A program made the position numbers and the translations under genes. Shown piece after piece: positions 9,690 through 19,473 of a stretch of DNA of 64,000 nt. Origin of the DNA: a virus (lineage: Duplodnaviria > Caudoviricetes); IMG/VR virus record IMGVR_UViG_3300032330_001040, positions 50,248 through 114,247 of that record. One strand, 5' to 3'. The notes beneath the pieces were generated by a model that made no database searches, had not been told where the DNA came from, and saw only the letters and a program-made list of their open reading frames with translations. Positions within the stretch are counted from its first letter, which is position 1; each line of letters opens with the position of its first letter.

Positions 9690-10760
9690 ATGAAAATAGC
9701 AATTATAACAGACCAACATTTTGGTGCTCGGAATGATTCAATCCATTTTTTGGACTTCTATGAAAAGTTTTATAAAGAAACTTTTTTTCCTAAACTATTA
9801 GAAGAAAAAATTGATACCGTTCTTATTCTTGGTGATACCTTTGACCGTAGAAAATACATAAACTTTTATTCATACAAACGTGCCAGAGAGATGTTCTTTG
9901 ACAAATTGTTTTATTATAAAATGAATGTGTTTATGTTAGCCGGTAACCATGATACCTATTTTAAAAATACCAATGATGTAAACTCTGTTGACTTATTATT
10001 ACGTGAATATAATAACATTATTGTAATTGATAAACCAGATATCATTTATGTTGGTGATACAAAGATTTGTATGTTGCCTTGGATTTGTCCTGAAAATTAT
10101 GATGAATCGATGGCAACAATAAAAGAAACTGATGCTAAACTTTGTATGGGGCATTTAGAAGTTGATGGATTTACTATGCACCGTGGAATGGTGGCAGAAG
10201 GAGGATTGAATCGTGAAATCTTTGGCAAATTTGATATGGTCTTTTCTGGCCATTACCACCATAGGTCTAGCGCAGATAACATTAATTATCTTGGGAACCC
10301 TTACGAGCTTACCTGGCAAGATTACGGTGATACTAGGGGCTTTCATCTTTTTGATACTGACACTTATGATTTGGAGTTTGTACCTAATCCGAACATAATG
10401 TTTCACCGTATCGTATATGATGATAAGAAAGAATCTATTACAGAAATTACCAACAAAAACTTAACAAAATATACCAACACTTATATTAAAGTAGTGGTCA
10501 TCAATAAGACTAATCCTTTCCTATTTGATAAATTTATGGAAAATATCTATAATATTAATCCAATTGATGTTACCATTGTTGAGGACCATACAGACTTGAC
10601 AGAAGGCGTAGAAGATGATACAATAGACCAAGCACAAGATACAATGACGATTATTGAACATTTTGTGGATGGTATCAAAGAAGAACATATTAATAATGAT
10701 AAGCTGAAAACTGTAATGAAAGAACTTTACGTTGAGGCGTTGAACTTAGAGCAGGCATGA
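9690..10760 (+). CDS. 47: Recombination endonuclease subunit gp47 (Mre11/SbcD-like)
   Basis: 'TDQHFG', 'GDTFD', 'GNHD', 'SGHYH'. Confidence 0.95.
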   Translation: MKIAIITDQHFGARNDSIHFLDFYEKFYKETFFPKLLEEKIDTVLILGDTFDRRKYINFYSYKRAREMFFDKLFYYKMNVFMLAGNHDTYFKNTNDVNSVDLLLREYNNIIVIDKPDIIYVGDTKICMLPWICPENYDESMATIKETDAKLCMGHLEVDGFTMHRGMVAEGGLNREIFGKFDMVFSGHYHHRSSADNINYLGNPYELTWQDYGDTRGFHLFDTDTYDLEFVPNPNIMFHRIVYDDKKESITEITNKNLTKYTNTYIKVVVINKTNPFLFDKFMENIYNINPIDVTIVEDHTDLTEGVEDDTIDQAQDTMTIIEHFVDGIKEEHINNDKLKTVMKELYVEALNLEQA

Positions 10761-11026
10761 TTTGTCCATATCTAGATGAAAATAAACTTTGCTCAATATA
10801 TGAGTTTAGATTTAATTGTTGTCGAAGCTTTCCTAATAGAGAAACTGGAATGTTTTGTAGTGAAACTACCAGATGCGTTTATGATGCAAATGGAAACGTA
10901 GACTGCTTTAATTGCAAAGATAAATGTTGTGAACATTTAGAAATACCAGATAATACTCCCATTTGGGAAGTTGTTAAAATATTGGATATTTCTTGTGTTA
11001 AATGTAAAGAAACTTATTGTAAATGA
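10757..11026 (+). CDS. Small Cys-rich YkgJ-like metal/Fe-S cluster protein
   Basis: 'CPYLDENKLCSIYEFR..CCRSFP' and 'CFNCKDKCC'. Confidence 0.6.
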   Translation: MICPYLDENKLCSIYEFRFNCCRSFPNRETGMFCSETTRCVYDANGNVDCFNCKDKCCEHLEIPDNTPIWEVVKILDISCVKCKETYCK

Positions 11027-12735
11027 TTATATTTCAAAAACTCCGTTGGAAGAACATTCTTTCTACGGGTAATAGTTTTACTGAACTTGATTTAACCAAA
11101 TCACCAAACACACTTGTTATTGGTAATAACGGTGCGGGTAAATCGACCATGTTGGATGCCTTATGTTTTGGTTTGTTTGGTAAACCATTTCGTAAAATCA
11201 ACAAACCCAATCTATTAAACTCTATCAATCAACAACAAGGTGTGGTTGAGATTGAGTTTTCTATTGGCAAAAAACAATACAAAGTAATTCGTGGTATTAA
11301 GCCAAATGTATTTGAAGTATTTTGTAATGGTGTTTTAGTGGACCAAGATGCGAAAGCTAAAGACTACCAAGACCACTTAGAGAAATTCATTCTCAAAATA
11401 AATTTCAAGTCTTTTACGCAAGTAGTCATCTTGGGTTCCGCATCATTTGTTCCGTTCATGCAGTTATCGCCTGGTGACCGAAGAGCAATCATTGAGGACT
11501 TATTAGATATTGGTATTTTCTCATCAATGAATGGTATTGTTAAAGAAAAGATTTCTGCCAATAAATCAGAATCATTAAAAACAAAATATGATTTAGATTT
11601 GACAGCAGAAAAAATTAAACTTCAAAAAGAAGCCATTGAAGAATCTAAAAAACATAATGAAGCCGAAATTGAAAAGAAGAAAAAAGAAGTGAATGATTCT
11701 ATTCATCAAAATTTTACATTACAAAAAGACATTGAATTAATCCAAAAACATATTGATGTATTAAATAAGAGAATTAGTGATAAGTTATCTATAGAAAAAA
11801 AAGTGAACCAACTGGTTCAATTGGAGTCCAAACTAGAATCTCGATTAAAAAAATTAGATAAGGAGCATAAATTCTATGAAGAAAACCACGACTGCCCAAC
11901 CTGTAAACAAAGCATCGCTGACACCTTCAGACATAGCCAGCTTAGTGGAATCGATAAAACAAAAGGAGAAATCGGAGTTGGACTTAAAGATATCGAGGCT
12001 AAAATCCAAGCGACAAACAGCCGCATCGAAGAAATCCAAAAGATAGTTTTACATATTCAATCACACAATAATGAAATCGTCAAACACAATTCAACCATAT
12101 CAGCAATCAATACTTACGTTACTAAACTACAACGAGAAATTGAAACTTTGTCTGAACAGAAAAACTCGCTTGTTGATGATAATGCCAAACTTAAAGAACT
12201 CAAATCAGAACTTGGAGTTTTAGTTGCCAAACAACAAGAATTGTCGGATGAAAAACAATATTTGGAATATGCCGGTAATTTATTAAAAGATACTGGTATC
12301 AAAACAAGAATCATCAAACAGTATTTGCCAATCATGAACAAGTTGATTAACAAGTACCTGACAGCAATGGACTTCTTCGTAAACTTTAATATTAACGAAT
12401 CATTTGAAGAAACAATTAAGAGTAGGCATCGTGATGATTTTAGTTATGCCAATTTTTCTGAAGGTGAGAAGATGCGTATTGACTTGGCGTTGTTATTTAC
12501 TTGGCGGCAAATTGCCAAGATGAAGAATTCAACCAATACCAATTTATTGATATTAGATGAAGTGTTTGATAGTAGTTTAGATACAGTTGGTACAGATGAA
12601 TTTTTAAAATTACTTTATGATATGGACAAAGATACAAATGTATTTGTTATTTCACATAAAGGAGACCAATTGTTTGATAAGTTCCGAAGTGTAATTAAAT
12701 TTGAGAAACATAATAACTTTAGTAGGATAGCATAA
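11023..12735 (+). CDS. 46: Recombination ATPase gp46 (Rad50/SbcC-like)
   Basis: Walker A 'GNNGAGKST', Zn hook 'CPTC', signature 'FSEGE', 'LDEVFD'. Confidence 0.95.
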   Translation: MIIFQKLRWKNILSTGNSFTELDLTKSPNTLVIGNNGAGKSTMLDALCFGLFGKPFRKINKPNLLNSINQQQGVVEIEFSIGKKQYKVIRGIKPNVFEVFCNGVLVDQDAKAKDYQDHLEKFILKINFKSFTQVVILGSASFVPFMQLSPGDRRAIIEDLLDIGIFSSMNGIVKEKISANKSESLKTKYDLDLTAEKIKLQKEAIEESKKHNEAEIEKKKKEVNDSIHQNFTLQKDIELIQKHIDVLNKRISDKLSIEKKVNQLVQLESKLESRLKKLDKEHKFYEENHDCPTCKQSIADTFRHSQLSGIDKTKGEIGVGLKDIEAKIQATNSRIEEIQKIVLHIQSHNNEIVKHNSTISAINTYVTKLQREIETLSEQKNSLVDDNAKLKELKSELGVLVAKQQELSDEKQYLEYAGNLLKDTGIKTRIIKQYLPIMNKLINKYLTAMDFFVNFNINESFEETIKSRHRDDFSYANFSEGEKMRIDLALLFTWRQIAKMKNSTNTNLLILDEVFDSSLDTVGTDEFLKLLYDMDKDTNVFVISHKGDQLFDKFRSVIKFEKHNNFSRIA

Positions 12736-13307
12736 TGAGTGATATAATTAAATTCAATACGGAAGATGCTGTCAAAGATGGCATAGTATTACCACAACAA
12801 GCCAAAACATTTAATTTGGTTGCTGAAGATAACCCAATCTTAAGAGAAGTTATGCCTGAATTTAACTTTGATAATCCTCCAGTTAATCCCAATGAGTTTG
12901 CTTCTACTTTGGTAGAAACTTGTAAAATAAATCGAGGTTATGGTTTATCCGCCAATCAATGTGGATTTAAACATAGAGTATTTGTAATGGGTACTGGTGA
13001 TGATTATGTTGCCTTTTATAATCCAAAAATAATTTCTCAAAAAGGAGAAAGTCATTTAGCCGAAGGATGTTTATCTTTTCCTCTTTTGGGATTACATATT
13101 ACCAGAGCCTCAATCATTGATGTTGAATACCAAGATTTTAATGGTGTAATTAGGCAATCTACTTTTTCTGGCATATCTGCTCGGTGTTTTCAACATGAGC
13201 TTGACCATATGAATGGAATAGTGTATACTCGAAGAGTGAAGCCAATGGCGTTACAGTCAGGCTTGAAAAAACGTAACAAACTTATTAAGAAAATAAAACT
13301 CATATAA
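12735..13307 (+). CDS. def: Peptide deformylase
   Basis: 'GLSANQCG', 'EGCLS', 'QHELDH'. Confidence 0.93.
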   Translation: MSDIIKFNTEDAVKDGIVLPQQAKTFNLVAEDNPILREVMPEFNFDNPPVNPNEFASTLVETCKINRGYGLSANQCGFKHRVFVMGTGDDYVAFYNPKIISQKGESHLAEGCLSFPLLGLHITRASIIDVEYQDFNGVIRQSTFSGISARCFQHELDHMNGIVYTRRVKPMALQSGLKKRNKLIKKIKLI

Positions 13308-14641
13308 TGGCAAGAGAAACTCAAACTAGAAGTACCCTGTGGGGCGATGAAGAATACTTAGCAACTACAAATGAAATTCTTTCTGTTGATGAACAATGGG
13401 ATGTTTGGCAAAAACAAAACCCTATAAAATCTTTTGAACATATTGATACTGAAAAATTGGTTAAAATTTTAACTAGTGATTTAACTTATGCTTCTAATAT
13501 GGATGTGAAAGAATATACACTATATCAAAAATGGTGTGAAATTAAAGAAAGATATCCAACCGAAACAAAATCAATTATTCATGATGGCACATCAAAAATA
13601 TCTAATGTATTGATTGATCCAGAACAAGAAAGACTTATTAATAAATTAAAAAATAAATTTTGGATGCCAAAAGAACCTGATGATTATGCCAAATTACAAC
13701 CTGTTATGAAATTACATAATGGTGAGTTGGCTGAGACATGGAATGCCATAAGAACATTCTCATCAACTATGAAGAATAATTCGAATATTGGTCGTAACTT
13801 ATTCTATACAATTGAAGATGAAGTTACTCAAAAATATCTTGGTGTAATTTGTATATCTTCAGATTTCTTAGATTTAACTCCAAGAGATAAAGCAATTGGA
13901 TGGTCAAGAGATGTTAAGACTTCTCAAGGCATGATTAATCATACTGCAATTGGTTCCACTATTGTACCTTTACAACCTCTTGGTTATAATTACATGGGTG
14001 GAAAATTGTTGGCATTGTTGTGTCTTGCTGATACAGTTCAAAAAGATTGGAAGGAAAGATATGGAGATGTCTTGGTCGGAGTTACAACTACTTCTCTTTA
14101 TGGCAACACTAAGTCTAATGGTCTTTCTCAATATGATGGATTAGAACATTGGAATAAAATGGGTTTCTCCTCTGGTTCAGTTGCTTTTGAACCAACAAGA
14201 GCAACCAAAAAAATGATATTTGATTGGTTAAAAGAAAATCATACTAAAAAATATTTTGAGTGGTGGGAAGCCAAAAACAAACAAGGATTGCCACTAAAAC
14301 GTGACCACAAAAATAGGTCATTACATTTTGCTTATCCTAAACTTGGAATACCAAAAGAATTAACAAGAACTGAACATCAAAGAGGAATCTATTTTTCTCC
14401 TCTTTATAATAATACAAATGAATTTCTTCGTAAAGAGATTGGTGAAAATCAATTAATTAAATCTTTCGATACTAGTTTAGAGGCCTTAACCAATATTTGG
14501 AAAACCAAATACGCTAAAGGCCGTATATCAATGTTAAAAAAGAAGAATACAGTTTCATATGAAACATTGTTCTATGATGACTTGATATACTTGTCTTGGG
14601 AAGAAACCAAGGCAAAATATCTGACACAAGTTGGCAGATAA
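13307..14641 (+). CDS. DUF4338/DruA-like protein (paralog 1)
   Basis: 'PLGYNYMGGKLLALLC', 'TTTSLYG', 'SQYDG' shared with the ORF at 37188. Confidence 0.55.
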   Translation: MARETQTRSTLWGDEEYLATTNEILSVDEQWDVWQKQNPIKSFEHIDTEKLVKILTSDLTYASNMDVKEYTLYQKWCEIKERYPTETKSIIHDGTSKISNVLIDPEQERLINKLKNKFWMPKEPDDYAKLQPVMKLHNGELAETWNAIRTFSSTMKNNSNIGRNLFYTIEDEVTQKYLGVICISSDFLDLTPRDKAIGWSRDVKTSQGMINHTAIGSTIVPLQPLGYNYMGGKLLALLCLADTVQKDWKERYGDVLVGVTTTSLYGNTKSNGLSQYDGLEHWNKMGFSSGSVAFEPTRATKKMIFDWLKENHTKKYFEWWEAKNKQGLPLKRDHKNRSLHFAYPKLGIPKELTRTEHQRGIYFSPLYNNTNEFLRKEIGENQLIKSFDTSLEALTNIWKTKYAKGRISMLKKKNTVSYETLFYDDLIYLSWEETKAKYLTQVGR

Positions 14642-14662
14642 TCAAGTGTACCATCAATATAC

Positions 14663-14692
14663 TTGACAAACACACATATATAATGATATGAT
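14663..14692 (+). promoter_or_regulatory. Sigma70-type promoter
   Basis: TTGACA-N18-TATGAT with TG extension. Confidence 0.65.
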
Positions 14693-14727
14693 GTGATTAC
14701 TCGCAATATGCGAGAATTTTTTAAATT

Positions 14728-15024
14728 ATGAATAAGGAGTTTTATATGAAGTTATCAGCAAAACAAAAAATTGCCAAGTATCTGGAAACTAATCAGACTC
14801 GTGGTTTAACAGTTAATCAAGCCCGTGCTCGCTTTGGCATCAAAAACGTTTCTGCTCGTATTGATGAATTACGTAAAGAAGGTCACGTAATTTACACAAA
14901 CACAAAAACCCGTGCCGATGGAACACGTTTCCATTTGTATCGTATGGGTAAGCCAACTAAAGCTTTAGTTCGTGCTGCTGTAGCTGCTGGTTTTGATTTT
15001 AATCAGCCACACAATGAAGTTTAA
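14728..15024 (+). CDS. Small winged-HTH DNA-binding protein
   Basis: 'LTVNQARARFGIKNVSARIDELRKEGHVI'. Confidence 0.65.
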   Translation: MNKEFYMKLSAKQKIAKYLETNQTRGLTVNQARARFGIKNVSARIDELRKEGHVIYTNTKTRADGTRFHLYRMGKPTKALVRAAVAAGFDFNQPHNEV

Positions 15025-15036
15025 TATGTAAGTTAT

Positions 15037-15071
15037 AGGGGAGGTTGCTGAAAGGTGACACTCCCTTTTTT
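15037..15071 (+). terminator. Rho-independent terminator
   Basis: GGGAG...CTCCC hairpin then T-run. Confidence 0.75.
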
Positions 15072-15093
15072 ATTTTTTTTATAATGGACTAAA

Positions 15094-15912
15094 ATGGAAA
15101 TCTCAATCTCAAAAGAAGAATTACAAAAGAAAAGCCTATTTGTAGCCACTCCAATGTATGGTGGTATGAATCATGGTTTATACATGAAAGCCTGTTTAGA
15201 TTTACAAGGCCTCTGTATGCAATATAATATTCCAGTTAAATTCTCATTTTTATTTAATGAGTCCCTAATTACACGAGCAAGAAATTATCTTGTTGATGAG
15301 TTTATTCACCGTTCAGATTGTACGCATTTATTGTTTATTGATTCTGATATCAATTTTGGTCCACAAGATGTTCTTGCTTTATTAGCTTTAGACAAAGATG
15401 TTATTGGTGGTCCTTATCCAAAGAAAGCAATCAAATGGAAATCAGTTGCAACTGCACTAAGAAAAAATCCACAGATTGAATCCGGTTTATTAGAGAGAGT
15501 TACTGGTGATTATGTGTTTAATCCTGTTAAAGGTACAGCACAGTTTTCGGTTACAGAACCTTTAGAAGTTATGGAAATTGGAACAGGTTTTATGTTAGTC
15601 AAACGTGAAGTGTTTGCTCAAATGGAACAAGAATATCCAATGATTCGTTATAAACCTGACCATGTAGGTCAAGCACACTTTGATGGTAGTCGTTATATTC
15701 ATGCTTTCTTTGATACAGTTATTGACACTAAAGATTCTATTACAGGTGGTGGTTCAGACCGTTACCTATCAGAAGATTATATGTTCTGTCAAATGTGGCG
15801 TAAAATGGGTGGTAAAATCTGGTTATGTCCTTGGATGAAAACAGAACACATTGGTACATATCACTTCAAAGGAGATATGGCTGCTGTAGCTAATTTTGTT
15901 GGAGAAATGTAA
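15094..15912 (+). CDS. GT-A fold glycosyltransferase-like protein
   Basis: 'ATPMYGG', 'SLITRARN', DxD 'FIDSD', 'GTGFML', 'LSEDYMFC'. Confidence 0.65.
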   Translation: MEISISKEELQKKSLFVATPMYGGMNHGLYMKACLDLQGLCMQYNIPVKFSFLFNESLITRARNYLVDEFIHRSDCTHLLFIDSDINFGPQDVLALLALDKDVIGGPYPKKAIKWKSVATALRKNPQIESGLLERVTGDYVFNPVKGTAQFSVTEPLEVMEIGTGFMLVKREVFAQMEQEYPMIRYKPDHVGQAHFDGSRYIHAFFDTVIDTKDSITGGGSDRYLSEDYMFCQMWRKMGGKIWLCPWMKTEHIGTYHFKGDMAAVANFVGEM

Positions 15913-16292
15913 TGTTAGGCTCTATCGATAAACAAAGTTTCTCAGATATTATTAAATCATCACAAACAGCTAAAGAAGGAGGCCGTAAATTTGATGGAGG
16001 TAAATTGCAATATGGTTTGGTACCACCAAATGCACTAAAGGCAACAGTAGAAATACTTACCTTTGGTGCAGAGAAGTATGAACCTGATAATTGGAAAAAA
16101 GTACCAGATTCTAAGCGTAGATATTTTGATGCTGCACAACGGCATTTATGGGCTTGGAAGTCTGGTGAACAAAATGACCAAGAAACAGGTAAGAATCACT
16201 TAGCACATGCTCTGTGCTGCTTGATGTTTTTGTATGAACATGATACAATAGATTTTTTAAATAATGGAGAAGTGAATGAAACTATCAAATGA
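15912..16292 (+). CDS. dATP/dGTP diphosphohydrolase-domain protein (DUF5664-like)
   Basis: 'KFDGGK', 'FGAEKY..DNW', 'ETG..HLAHA.CCLMFL'. Confidence 0.75.
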   Translation: MLGSIDKQSFSDIIKSSQTAKEGGRKFDGGKLQYGLVPPNALKATVEILTFGAEKYEPDNWKKVPDSKRRYFDAAQRHLWAWKSGEQNDQETGKNHLAHALCCLMFLYEHDTIDFLNNGEVNETIK

Positions 16293-16962
16293 AACAATCA
16301 ATGTGTTGAAGAATTTTTCAACAATCAATCCAGGTCTAGAGTTTAGACAAGGTAAAATAATTAAAACGGTATCTTCTAGTAAGGCACTAATGGCAGAAGC
16401 CACCTTACCTGATGATTTTCCAGAAACATTCTGTGTTTATGATTTGAATCAATTTTTATCTGTGAATTCTTTATTCAAAGATAATGTGAAACTCATTTTT
16501 GATGGTCCAAATATTATATTTTCAAATGAAGCTGGCGATAAAACAGTAGATTATCGTAAAACAGCAAAGAGTATGATTGTTGCAGCACCAGATAAAAGCA
16601 TTACATTATCATCAATTGATGTTAATTTTACTTTAAGTGCTGACGATTATCATTGGATTATGGACACTGCTAAAGTATTATCTTCACCACATATTGCAGT
16701 TCAATCTGATGGTAATTCTGTTGAAGTAGTTACATTTGATGCGACTAATGATTCAGCACACGTTAATTCTTTTAAGATTTCAGGACTTAATCCTGAAGGT
16801 AAGAAATATAAGATTGTTTTCAATATTGAAAATTTTAAGATGATACCAGGAAGTTATGAAGTAAATATTTCTTTCCAAGGAGTGAGTCATTTCAAGAACA
16901 CGAAAGATAACATTCAATATTGGATGGCTTCAGAATCTAAGTATACAAAAATAGGAGGTTAA
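16276..16962 (+). CDS. 45: Sliding clamp gp45
   Basis: 'MKLSNETINVLKNFSTIN', 'YDLNQFL'. Confidence 0.92.
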   Translation: MKLSNETINVLKNFSTINPGLEFRQGKIIKTVSSSKALMAEATLPDDFPETFCVYDLNQFLSVNSLFKDNVKLIFDGPNIIFSNEAGDKTVDYRKTAKSMIVAAPDKSITLSSIDVNFTLSADDYHWIMDTAKVLSSPHIAVQSDGNSVEVVTFDATNDSAHVNSFKISGLNPEGKKYKIVFNIENFKMIPGSYEVNISFQGVSHFKNTKDNIQYWMASESKYTKIGG

Positions 16963-16963
16963 T

Positions 16964-17155
16964 ATGACAATGTTACATTTTACTGATTCTGTTACCGGTA
17001 TGTCTGTCGCAATCAATCCATCTAAAGTTGTTTGTGTATTTACAAATAAAGATGCTGAGACTGGTGTAGAGACTACAGTAATCAATTTAGTTAATGGTAA
17101 TGTAGGTGTTACCGAAAGTTATTTGGAAACTGTTGGACGTTTACAAAGTAATTAA
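16964..17155 (+). CDS. Small hypothetical protein
   Basis: GGAGG SD; tightly packed between gp45 and gp44. Confidence 0.65.
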   Translation: MTMLHFTDSVTGMSVAINPSKVVCVFTNKDAETGVETTVINLVNGNVGVTESYLETVGRLQSN

Positions 17156-17196
17156 TTGTAGTATTTTTGAGTTGTAATATATTATGGGAGTTTTGA

Positions 17197-18129
17197 ATGG
17201 AACATTTACTATGGGTCGAGAAATATCGACCAGCCAAAGTGGAGGATTGTATTCTTCCGGATGCAATCAAATCCACTTTTCAAGAGTATGTCAATAAAAA
17301 AGAAATACCTAACTTGTTATTATCAGGTTCGGCCGGTGTTGGTAAGACTACAATAGCAAAAGCATTATGTGAAGAAGTAGGATGTGATTATATTGTAATT
17401 AATGGTTCTGATGAGTCAGGTATTGATGTACTTCGTAACAAGATTAAAAATTATGCTTCTTCAATGTCATTATCTGGTGGCAGAAAAGTTGTCATCATAG
17501 ATGAAGCAGACTATCTAAATCCTAATTCAACGCAACCTGCAATGCGTGGTGCAATCGAGGAGTTCTCCTCAAACTGTTCTTTCATCTTCACTTGTAATTT
17601 TAAGAATCGTATTATAGACCCAATCCATTCTCGGTGTTCTGTAATTGACTTTAAAATTAATGGTAACAAGGCAAAGATGGCTTCTCAATTCTTCAAACGA
17701 GTTGAGTGGATTCTTGAACAAGAAAAAATTCAATATGATAAACAAGTGGTGGCTGCTGTCATCACTAAACATTTTCCTGATAATAGAAGGATTCTAAATG
17801 AACTTCAGCGTTACTCCGTTTCTGGTGTTATTGACAAAGGTATTCTCTCTAATGTTACTGATGTACAACTTGATGCTTTGGTACAAGGGTTAAAAGAAAA
17901 AGACTTTGCTTCTGTTCGTAAATGGGTTACAAACAACTTAGACAATGACCCTACAAAAATATATCGTAAACTATATGATACATTATATGAACAGTTAAAA
18001 CCAAACGCAGTTCCGCAGTTGGTTTTGCATCTTGCTAAGTACCAATATCAGGCCGCTTTTGTTGCTGACCATGAAATTAATATGGTTGCTTGTTTAACTG
18101 AAATTATGGTAGATTGTGAGTTCAAATGA
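17197..18129 (+). CDS. 44: Clamp loader large subunit gp44
   Basis: 'LWVEKYRP', 'GSAGVGKTT', 'DEAD', 'SRC'. Confidence 0.96.
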   Translation: MEHLLWVEKYRPAKVEDCILPDAIKSTFQEYVNKKEIPNLLLSGSAGVGKTTIAKALCEEVGCDYIVINGSDESGIDVLRNKIKNYASSMSLSGGRKVVIIDEADYLNPNSTQPAMRGAIEEFSSNCSFIFTCNFKNRIIDPIHSRCSVIDFKINGNKAKMASQFFKRVEWILEQEKIQYDKQVVAAVITKHFPDNRRILNELQRYSVSGVIDKGILSNVTDVQLDALVQGLKEKDFASVRKWVTNNLDNDPTKIYRKLYDTLYEQLKPNAVPQLVLHLAKYQYQAAFVADHEINMVACLTEIMVDCEFK

Positions 18130-18581
18130 CTAAAGATGAATTAATGAATGAATTGGGTTTGAGTGGTGAAAAAATTATTATCAATATGTTAAGTGAAGAA
18201 GGATGTAAAGTTAAAAGTTCAATTAACAAATACGATTCAGAAAAAGACTTACTTGTTGATGATAGTTATACTGTTGAGGTTAAAACACAAGCTCCTTTTG
18301 TAAAAGAAAATGCTTTTACTTTTAATCCTTCACAACTTCGTAAATGTAAATCAGTTGATGTATTATATTTTGTTTCTGTACCACATCCTAGATATAGACA
18401 TTTTTCTGATGGTTGGATTTATAGAGCAATTCCTAGTCAATTTAAATCTTATTCATGGAAAGATAGATATGGTAATCCTAGAATTTGTATACCAATTAAA
18501 CAAGAAGCCTTAATACCAGTTAAAAAAATGTCTGATGAAGAATGTAAGGAACTACAAAAATATCTAACGACTGGATATTAA
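18126..18581 (+). CDS. Putative PD-(D/E)XK nuclease
   Basis: 'GE...DLLVD...VEVKTQ' pattern. Confidence 0.5.
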   Translation: MTKDELMNELGLSGEKIIINMLSEEGCKVKSSINKYDSEKDLLVDDSYTVEVKTQAPFVKENAFTFNPSQLRKCKSVDVLYFVSVPHPRYRHFSDGWIYRAIPSQFKSYSWKDRYGNPRICIPIKQEALIPVKKMSDEECKELQKYLTTGY

Positions 18582-18582
18582 T

Positions 18583-18975
18583 ATGCCAGATTTATTTAAA
18601 GATATTATACCTTCAATACTTCAAACGAAAAAGAATGTTTTACAAGATGAATTGGATATCAAAGATTATACTCCTTTTGTTGTTAATAGGGCTTTGTCAT
18701 ATCATATTGATTGTGTTCTCTATGCTAATGAGATGAATTTATATCCAGAAATGGATAAAGACCTTCAATATCAATACCTTCTAAATACCATTAGGTCGAT
18801 GAAACGGAAATTTCAGCCGTGGCAGAAATCATCGTCCGATAAGGATTTAGAATGCATTAAGGAGTATTTTGGTTATTCAAATCAAAAAGCCAAAGAGGCT
18901 CTTGATATTCTAAATGATGAACAAATCGCTGAAATAAAAGCAAAAACAAATAAAGGCGGAGTGAACAAATCATGA
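18583..18975 (+). CDS. 62: Clamp loader small subunit gp62
   Basis: 'YTPFVVNRALS', 'ANEMN', 'KEYFGYS..KA'. Confidence 0.92.
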   Translation: MPDLFKDIIPSILQTKKNVLQDELDIKDYTPFVVNRALSYHIDCVLYANEMNLYPEMDKDLQYQYLLNTIRSMKRKFQPWQKSSSDKDLECIKEYFGYSNQKAKEALDILNDEQIAEIKAKTNKGGVNKS

Positions 18976-19379
18976 TTTCAATTACGGATTTAGTTGAGGT
19001 TACGCTTGGAGAAAAGGATGACTTTCTTAAAGTGCGAGAAACCCTCACCAGAATTGGCGTAGCATCAAAAAAAGATAGAATATTATACCAGTCTTGTCAT
19101 ATATTACATAAGCAAGGTCGTTATTATATTGTACATTTTAAAGAGTTATTTGCATTAGATGGTAAACCTACAGACATTTCTGAAAATGATTTATCTCGTA
19201 GAAATGCCATTGCTAAACTCTTACAAGATTGGGAATTAGTTAAAGTGGTAAACAATAAACAAATTGAAGAACCCGTACCTATCTTCCTATCGCAAATTAA
19301 GATACTGTCCCATAAAGAAAAAGATGAATGGGAATTAGTTCCAAAATACAATATTGGGTCTAAGAAAACAGTCTATTGA
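18972..19379 (+). CDS. regA: Translational repressor RegA
   Basis: 'DDFLKVRETLTRIG', 'LYQSCHILHKQGRYYIVHFKELF'. Confidence 0.97.
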   Translation: MISITDLVEVTLGEKDDFLKVRETLTRIGVASKKDRILYQSCHILHKQGRYYIVHFKELFALDGKPTDISENDLSRRNAIAKLLQDWELVKVVNNKQIEEPVPIFLSQIKILSHKEKDEWELVPKYNIGSKKTVY

Positions 19380-19406
19380 CATTTCAGTAAAAATATGATA
19401 TAAATA
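19376..19406 (+). promoter_or_regulatory. Overlapping sigma70 and gp55 late promoter for hsp20
   Basis: TTGACA-N17-TATAAA, where the -10 box is part of a perfect TATAAATA (19399-19406). Confidence 0.75.
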
Positions 19407-19407
19407 T

Positions 19408-19473
19408 AAGTGTAGATGCCTTCGGGGTCTACACTTTTTTATTAACTCGCTTATCAATAAGGAGAAACTCATG
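19408..19473 (+). promoter_or_regulatory. ROSE-like RNA thermometer in the hsp20 5' UTR
   Basis: 5' UUCG-capped hairpin plus 3' hairpin CUC-G-CUUA/UAAG-GAG, with a UCGCU motif and bulged G opposite the AGGAG SD. Confidence 0.65.
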
